64,000 nt of DNA from assembly GCF_009914755.1 (NCBI RefSeq), contig NC_060947.1; one strand, written 5' to 3'. Made by a program: the position numbers and the translations under genes. The notes under the pieces were generated by a model. The model was given only the letters and a program-made list of their open reading frames with translations. It was not told the DNA's origin and did no database searches. Positions 51,122-64,000 of the stretch are shown here, in pieces. Each line of letters begins with the position of its first letter. Positions within the stretch are counted from its first letter, which is position 1. Origin of the DNA: the human T2T-CHM13v2.0 reference genome, Homo sapiens.

Positions 51122-51791
51122 TGATATGGTTTGGCTGTGTCCCCCACACCTCATCTCGAGTTATAATCCCTACGTGTGGAGGGAGGGACTTGGTGGGAGG
51201 TGACTGGATTATGGGGGCGGTTCCCCCATGCTGTTCTCATGACAGTGAGGAAGTTCTCATGAGATCTGATGGTTTAAAAGTGGCAGTTTCCCCTGTGCTC
51301 TCTCTCTCTCCTGCCACCATGTAAGACGTGCCTTGCCTCCCCTTCCCCTTCTGCCATAATTTTAAGTTTCCTAAGCCCTCCCCAGCCATGCTAAACTGTG
51401 ATTCAATTAAACCTCTTTTGGGGCCAGGCACAGTGGCTCACACCTGTAATCCCAACACTTTGGGGGGCCATGGCAGGTGGATCACTTGAGCTCAGGAGTT
51501 CAAGACCAACCTGGCCAACATGGCAAAAGCCCATCTCTACAAAAAAATACAAAAATTAGCCAGACATTGGTGGCTCATGCCTGTAATGCCAGCTACTCTG
51601 GAGGCTGTGACTGGAGAATCACTTGAGCCCGGGAAAGTGGAGGTTGCGGCGAGCCAAGGTTGTGCCACTGCACTCCAGCCTGGACAACAGGGTGAGACCC
51701 TGTCTCAAAACAAAACAAAATTACCACTTTTGTATATAAATTACCCAGTCTCAGTTACTATCTTGTAGCACTGTGAAAATAGACTAATATG
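51122..51791 (+). mobile_element. THE1/MST MaLR solo LTR interrupted by an Alu (51422-51720)
   Basis: tgatatggtttggctgtgtcccc...aaatagactaatatg; 5-bp TSD gggac (51117-51121 and 51792-51796). Confidence 0.85.
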
Positions 51792-52266
51792 GGGACGGAA
51801 ACCAGGATACAGTAGCCTCTAGGCAGATACATAAATTTGAATGCAGCAAGACCGGCCCAACTTTGAGAGACCAGTTACAAAGCTACTGACAGTAACCTGG
51901 ATGAGACAAGATGGTGCTTAGACCAAGACAGTAGCAGGGCATATAGAGAGAAGCGGGCAAATCTGAGAAACATTTTGGAAGTAACTACCTGGATTTGACA
52001 ATGAGGGAGAGAGTGGGATCACTGACTCCTAGCTTTCTGACATGAACTGCTAGGTGGGGGATTTTACTCATCCATGTTTACTTACCCTTATAGATGGCAA
52101 TGTCTAAATTAACTATCGCTCCTATGCTCTGCTAGAAATAAATGTGGCCAGTCTCCTGACCATGTGTAGATGGCATGCAAAACGTATGTGCTGTATCAGA
52201 GGGCTGCCTGTTTCATCACTGCACAGCCATCAAACCAACATCTCCCACAGGTCCATCTTCCTCTGA

Positions 52267-52611
<345 letters not shown>

Positions 52612-52689
52612 ATAGGATATAAGAAGTCTTAAGGCATTTTTCAGGCTCCTTCTTGCAGGAGCAAATGCACATGTGGGCTGAGCCCACTA

Positions 52690-53000
<311 letters not shown>

Positions 53001-53085
53001 GGGAGGGGAGGTGAGGGGAGGGGAGGGGGAAAGAAAGAGAAAAGAGATGTATTTAGGTATTTTTAGCAGAATGCATGACAAGCTC

Positions 53086-53358
53086 TATTAGTCAGGATAA
53101 GCTAGGCTATGCTGCCACAACAGACGAATCCCCAAGGCTTCAGTGGCTTAATTGCTATCTTTAATCCCCGATCTTCAAGTCTGCCACAACAGAGGCAGAG
53201 AGATGGAGGAGTGCGTCACCTAACTGCTTTAAGCCCAAAGTGATGCTTGCTGCTGCTGCTCACATCGCACTGGCCAGTACTAGTCACGAGGGCCCAAGGG
53301 ATATGAAGAAATGTGGAAGAACATATGGATGTTTGGCGAACACTGTCTTTGCCACACA
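53086..53358. mobile_element. Old MLT1-type LTR fragment
   Basis: tattagtcaggataagctaggctatgctgc...tcacatcgcactggccagtactagtcac...tctttgccaca. Confidence 0.55.
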
Positions 53359-53565
53359 ATGCATCAAGCTAATAAAGAATCCAGAGATACCACCACAGAG
53401 GGAGAAGCCAGACATAACTCACGTGAAAGGTGGCAAGGAAAACTAAAGCTAGCCTTATTTTAAACCATTTCATATCTTTTGTTTAAAAAAAAGCCCAATA
53501 TCACTGTCAGATAAAAACTAACAATCACTACAGTATCATTTAATGCCAAAGGAAAAAGTTACCTA

Positions 53566-53896
<331 letters not shown>

Positions 53897-54626
53897 CTAC
53901 AGCACCAAACCTCTTATTTTTTGAAAGATTTTATGTAAAAAATAATAATAAAAATAAAACATTTGAAAAAGTTACCTAGCCTCCAAAACTGATGAAACCA
54001 TGAAGGAAGATAAAATGTCTCCACCCACCCCCACGCCAAGCCAGTATTAACCTGATGGCTGATGGTCCAAGCATCTCATTTCTATTTTCTTAGCCCACAG
54101 CAGCATAGAGGGGGGCTCCATGATTGGCATGTACTATGAACAGTAATGATTCGTGACATGAGATGACCCATAGCCTGACTCTTTCTTGGTAAGGCCTACC
54201 CCAGGAGATAATTTTCTAGCAGTTGGACTAGATTTTCAAAACCTAAGTTGCAACTCTCTTATTACTATAACAAACGATGCCAAAATCTCAGTAACCAGAC
54301 CAAATAAAAGCTTCTCTCTTGCACATGCAAAATCCAAAGTGGATATTCCTCCTCTGCCAGCTGTCCTCCAAACAGTAACTCAGGGAGTCAGGTACCTTCC
54401 ATCAAGTGCCACCATCATCGTCTATATGGGGACTCCAAGGTTCCCATGGGGACCATGGAAAGGGATGAGAAGGTATGGGAAGGCCTAGTGGATTCACCAA
54501 AAACTTGGCCCAGAAGTGGCAGACATCACTCTCACCTATATGGTAGTAAGGATGAGTCTACATAGACTCAAAGGATGCTGGGAAATGCAGTCCTTGGTTC
54601 TCAGCAATAACTACGAGCATAAATCT

Positions 54627-55384
<758 letters not shown>

Positions 55385-55401
55385 TGAAGCCCTAGTCTTA
55401 G

Positions 55402-55709
55402 TTTTTATTTATTTATTTTTCTTGAGACGGAGTCTTGCTCTGCCGCCCAGGCTGGAGTGCAGTAGCGCGATCTTGGCCCACTGCAAAACCTCCACCTCAC
55501 GGGTTCAAGCGATTCTCCTGCCTCAGCCTCCCAAGTAGCTGGGATTACAGGTGTGTGCCATCATGCCCAGCTAATTTTTTGTATTTTTAGTAGAGACAGG
55601 GTTTCACTATGTTGGCCAGGCTGCTCTCTAACTCCTGACCTCCAATGATCCGCCTGCCTTGGCCTCCCAAAGCCCTGGTATTACAGACGTGAGCCACCGC
55701 ACCCGGCCT
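55402..55709 (-). mobile_element. AluS
   Basis: Reverse-complement dimer; TSD ctagtctta. Confidence 0.92.
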
Positions 55710-56305
55710 AGTCTTATAGTTTTCCTATCGATGTTCAGGAAATATGAAAACATCCTAGTATGGGTTGCAATACTTCACAACTTTTAAGATCACTGTGCAC
55801 GTAACAGAAGGAAAAAACAAAAATCAGAAGCAGGACCCCTGGGTCAGGAAAGTAACATTTAAATGAGGTTCAGAGAAGAGTGAAGTTATGCAAAGCCAGA
55901 CACAACAGGTATGGGAAGATCACTTGTGCCTCAGAAGCTGTTCTTGCCATTTAAGCAGTTAATAGCTAACTCAAGAATGCTGCTAATTAGCATCTAGGTA
56001 GAGGCTCTCACTTACACAACTAACCACCTAACTATTCTAAGAGTAAACAAAACGGTGTACTCCATGAAGACAAAAGCATTGTATTCTATCAGTCCCAATG
56101 TCATTTTAAGACTTCCTACTACAATAAGTGTATTCAATTACAGCATCCCAGGAGGATAGTTTCCACAGTCAAAACATTTGAGAAAGTATGAGACGAAGTC
56201 ACACAGGTCTCTTTGCTTCCTGCAACTTGCCTCAAGTCTTTAAGATGTTCACAAACACTGAGAACCTCTAGGAGGGAGACACAGGATGCAGCTGACAAAA
56301 GCCTA

Positions 56306-56459
56306 CCAAAATTAGCCGGGCACTGTGGTGCATGCCTGTAAGTCCCAGCGACTCGGGAGGCTGAGGTGGAAGGATCACTTGAGCCCAGGGAGGTCAAGGC
56401 TGCGGTGAGCCGTGATCGCGCTACTGCACTCCAGCCTGGGTGAGAGTGACACCTTGTCT

Positions 56460-56495
<36 letters not shown>
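56306..56495 (+). mobile_element. 5'-truncated Alu (right arm plus long polyA)
   Basis: Begins at the aaaattagccggg linker. Confidence 0.88.
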
Positions 56496-56499
<4 letters not shown>

Positions 56500-56504
56500 A
56501 ACTA

Positions 56505-56728
56505 ATATAAACTCAACCCTAATGTAAACTAAAGATTTCAAGTGAGTATGATGTGTCAACATATGTGTAAGTTCATCAATTGTCACAAGTGCCGTAGTCT
56601 GGTGGAAGAAGCTCATGATAGGGGAGTTTGTGGGAGAGGGCAGAGGGGTTGATGGGAACACTCTGCACTTTTCTTCTCAAGTTTGCTGTGAACCTACAAC
56701 TGCTCTAAAAAACTATTTTAAAAAAAGT
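56505..56728 (+). mobile_element. L1MC-like 3' end
   Basis: aaccctaatgtaaact...ctcaagtttgctgtgaacctacaactgctctaaaaaa resembles the L1MC terminus. Confidence 0.65.
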
Positions 56729-56753
56729 TCTGGAGATGCATATTGGTTTCTAG

Positions 56754-57356
<603 letters not shown>

Positions 57357-57485
57357 TGGAGATGGATATTGTTGATGGTCACGTAACAGTGTGAATATAT
57401 GTAATGACACTGAAATGAACACTAAAAATGGCCAAAATAGTAAATTTTGTTATACATATTTTATCACAATTTTAAAAACCACAAG

Positions 57486-57778
57486 GACCGGGGGTGGTGG
57501 TTCACGCCTGTAATCCTAGTAATTTGGGAGGCTGAGGTGGGAGGATCACTTGAGCCCAGGAATTCGAGTCCATAAGATCTCACAGAGTGAGAGTTCACCT
57601 CTACACAAAATAAACAAAATGCGCCAGGGGTGGTGACTCACACCTGTAATCCCAGAATTTTGGGAGGCTGAGGCAGGAGGATTGCTCAAGTCTGGGAGGT
57701 TGAGGCTGCAGTGTGCCAAGATCGTGCCACTGCACTCTAGACTGGGCAACAGAGTGAGACCCTGTCTCAAAAAAAAAT
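57486..57778 (+). mobile_element. AluJ-like
   Basis: Diverged dimer. Confidence 0.85.
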
Positions 57779-58123
57779 CTATATATATGTACAAAAATTT
57801 AAAAATAAATATTTAAAAATAATTTAGAAAACACAAATGGGACATGCCCTGCCCCTCTCAGCCCACGGTACTTTCCTTTTCCAACAGCATCCACTTGCTC
57901 TTGCTTACGTCCAAGGCCTGCCTGCCATTTTCCTGCAGCTCATCCAATCCACTATATGTGCTAGTGACACAGCCCCAAGATTTAGACCCACACAGGACCC
58001 CATGAAACACTACAAGGAGATGGAAAACCACAGTCAAACCTGACTTTGACTTGCTGTGAGAACAGGACACAGGAAGTGCTTAAATTTCCCATAGATGATG
58101 GCCCCTAAAACATACTTGGGCCG

Positions 58124-61219
<3,096 letters not shown>

Positions 61220-61269
61220 ATACTTGGGCCGTTCAACAGTTCCCCTCCCCCACAAGCCTTTTTCCAGAA

Positions 61270-61762
<493 letters not shown>

Positions 61763-63024
61763 TTTTAGAATTTTTACAAAGAAGCCAAAGTGAGAGCTCT
61801 GTATCTTTTTTGGTGGAAACATCAAAAAGCAGTGAGTGATGGAGGACGAATCCAGGAGACAGTGGAGGTGCTCATCTGTTTAGCCCAGGAACCCACTTAC
61901 TGTGTATGTACTTTCTCAAACCTCTGAAAGCAATTCTAATGCACTGAGAAATGATTTACTCAAGACCAGGACAAGGTTAACCAAAGGGAGCTCGTGGTAC
62001 AGCCCAACATTCTAGGCCACCCAGGCCAGAGTGAGCCAAGGTGACGTGTCTGTTGTGTGGCTCCAGAATTGAAAGCCTGAGATTTGACGTCTGCATCTTC
62101 ACAGTCGACCTGTTAGAAGGGCCCCCCGTACACACACACTCCGCCCCAGGGAAAGCAAAAGCCACCGCACACAAATCTTTCAGAGGTGGCACCAGCAGGA
62201 AGGAGAGTGTTGTGCCTCATGGCAAAAGGAACATTTAACCGTTCAGAGAAGAGTCTGTTCAAACTCCAATTTTGGAGCAGAATGAATACAAGTTGAGAAA
62301 ACGGAGTGGTTCTAGGTGAAGTGGACTCCTGAACGACTTTTCTAAAAAGATGTTGTGCTGAAGAGTATACTCAGTGTGGTCAGAAATGTCAGGAGAGTGC
62401 TTTCAATGGGTCCAGCTGCCACTTGTTTAAACAAGCCTGACTCCCCCCCTACCCCGCCCTTCCAGCTGGGGAGAATTTGCTCTGCAAGAAAAACAGATCT
62501 GCGCTGCCTCCAGCAGAGGCTGAATCCTAATCATCCTAGCTTACTATTACAGCAAAGCAACTTCCCATATCCTATCTCATCAGCTTTTAGGTTTAGGGTA
62601 GGCACTGTTAACTCCCTTTGACCAGAAACTGAGGCACAAGGACTCCCAGGTAATTACTGTCTCACATATAATGCTTCTGAACGTCACCCAGGTGACAGAG
62701 GTTTGTCACCAAAGGTGCTGTAAGGGAAAAAACGTCAAGCAACAATTCATTCCACACCGAGAGAAACTCTTGCCAATCCAAAGTACGCTTCTTAAGGCTG
62801 GATTCTCAGGCACATTTATTATAGTGAGTTTAGAGACCTAGAGTCCCACTCCAGCAAAGGTGCCCCCTAACCCGTGAATGCTGTGCATTATGGGATAAAA
62901 TATACGTCACAGGGTGGTGGCTCACACTCCACCGTCAGTGTTTTGGGGACGAGAATTGAAGTGTGCAAAAGAACACTGGGTATTTCTAAGTAGAGGCAAC
63001 ACACACACACGTAAGACACCGATT

Positions 63025-63180
63025 TCCACTCCTGGCTGCAAAATGGAATCGCCTGGGAAGCATGACACTTCTAAGGCCTCGGGTGCTTATGTCATTGGTC
63101 TGGGGTCCGATCTGGGCACCCAGAGTTTTAAAAGCTCCCCAGGTGATTCTAATATGTAGCCTGCGTTGGGACCCACGGCC
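63025..63180. mobile_element. MER5-family hAT element
   Basis: ggaatcgcctgggaag...attggtctgggg...tttaaaagctccccaggtgattctaatatgtagcc. Confidence 0.65.
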
Positions 63181-63419
63181 GTAAGAGACCTTCCAGGAAT
63201 GAGAAAGCAAAAGTTGGATAACTTGGGAGAAGGGGGGCTTGGTAGGGTCTGGGTTACAGGCTGTTTCTTGGGTTATCTGATGTTTAAGATGCCTGAAGAA
63301 TCAAAGAGTCTAAATGCCCGTGGCCTCTATTTTCTTATCTGTAAAAGGGCACAATGTTAAAGACTCTACCCTCCCCCAAAGGCAGGACGGTCCTGTTGGA
63401 CGGATCAGGGGGTGAGAGG

Positions 63420-63725
63420 ATAGGAGGGGGGCTAAGGGGAGGGGGATGAGAGGAAGGGGACTAGGGGAAGGGGAGGTGGACTAAGGGGAGGGAGACTAAG
63501 GGGAGAGGGGACTAAGGGGAGGGGGGCCTGCGGGAGGGGGGACTGGGGGAGGGGGATAAGGGGAGGGGGATAAGGGGAGGGGGACTAGAGACGAGGGGGA
63601 CTGGGGGAGGGGAGGGGGACTAGGGGGAGGGGAGGGGGACGAGGGGGAGGGGAGGGGGACGAGGGGGAGGGGAGGGGGACGAGGGGGAGGGGGACGGGGG
63701 AGAAGGGCGAGGGGGCGGGGCGGGT
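63420..63725 (+). repeat. G-rich minisatellite with 20-bp unit gagggggaggggagggggac
   Basis: About 4.5 tandem 20-mers at 63602-63690 within a longer degenerate (ggactaaggggagg)-like array. Confidence 0.9.
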
Positions 63726-64000
63726 GCCCTGGCTCGTGTGAGGGTAGGTGAACTGGGACTGAGGTGGGGACGAAGCCGCTCTCACCTGCGTCGTAGAAGG
63801 CGTCGAGCACGGCCGTCTCCCCGAAGTCCAGCTCCCCGAAGGGCACGGAGGTGAGGTGAGCGCCCTCGGCCTCGCAGGCCCGCAGCAGGCACTGCCGCGC
63901 CCCAGCCTCCGGGCCGCCGGCCGCGCCGCCCTGGGAGCTCTCACTGCGCACGTATACTGCCCGCAGAGCCCGCCGCGGCCCGCCCCCACTCTCGCCCTCG
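63690..64000. promoter_or_regulatory. CpG island edge over MAP3K15 exon 1 / start of intron 1
   Basis: Very high GC and dense unmutated CpGs compared with the CpG-depleted rest of the window; GC boxes (ggggcgggg near 63712). Confidence 0.85.
63786..64000 (-). CDS. MAP3K15: MAP3K15 (ASK3) coding exon 1, partial (start codon lies beyond the window end)
   Basis: Minus strand reads EGESGGGPRRALRAVYVRSESSQGGAAGGPEAGARQCLLRACEAEGAHLTSVPFGELDFGETAVLDAFYDA, matching the recalled ASK3 N-terminus. Donor GCAG|gtgag at 63786/63785, phase 1. Confidence 0.96.

Noticed and set aside
63496-63785. Proline-rich extension of the exon 1 ORF
   Set aside because: Read-through past the consensus donor into the C-rich minisatellite.

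Overview
Primate (very probably human) genomic DNA covering the 5' part of MAP3K15 (ASK3), transcribed from the minus strand. Six coding exons can be spliced by eye into one open frame with canonical GT-AG junctions and consistent phases: partial exon 1 (63786-64000, CpG-rich), exon 2 (37713-37852), a 24-nt micro-exon missing from the ORF track (35367-35390), exon 4 (12792-12985), exon 5 (8584-8752) and exon 6 (5512-5618). The introns are repeat-rich: about 45 Alus (some nested), two primate L1PA insertions with target-site duplications (TSDs; one with a twin-priming 5' inversion), old L1M pieces, hAT/Tigger DNA transposons, MaLR/ERVL solo LTRs and microsatellites. Intron 1 holds a degenerate, essentially full-length processed EIF5 pseudogene split by three Alu-family inserts. 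The least explained features are a ~125-bp non-tandem duplication 4.2 kb apart carrying an NR5A-GATA-NR5A-like motif cassette, a ~900-bp almost pure-purine tract between those two copies, an Alu-tail (AAGAG)n array and a perfect 51-bp tandem duplication near exon 2. I see no convincing evidence of a new protein-coding system; nearly all ORF-track entries are Alu, L1 or low-complexity artefacts. Gene, repeat-family and variant names come from recalled sequences, not database searches, and repeat boundaries are approximate unless a TSD is quoted.
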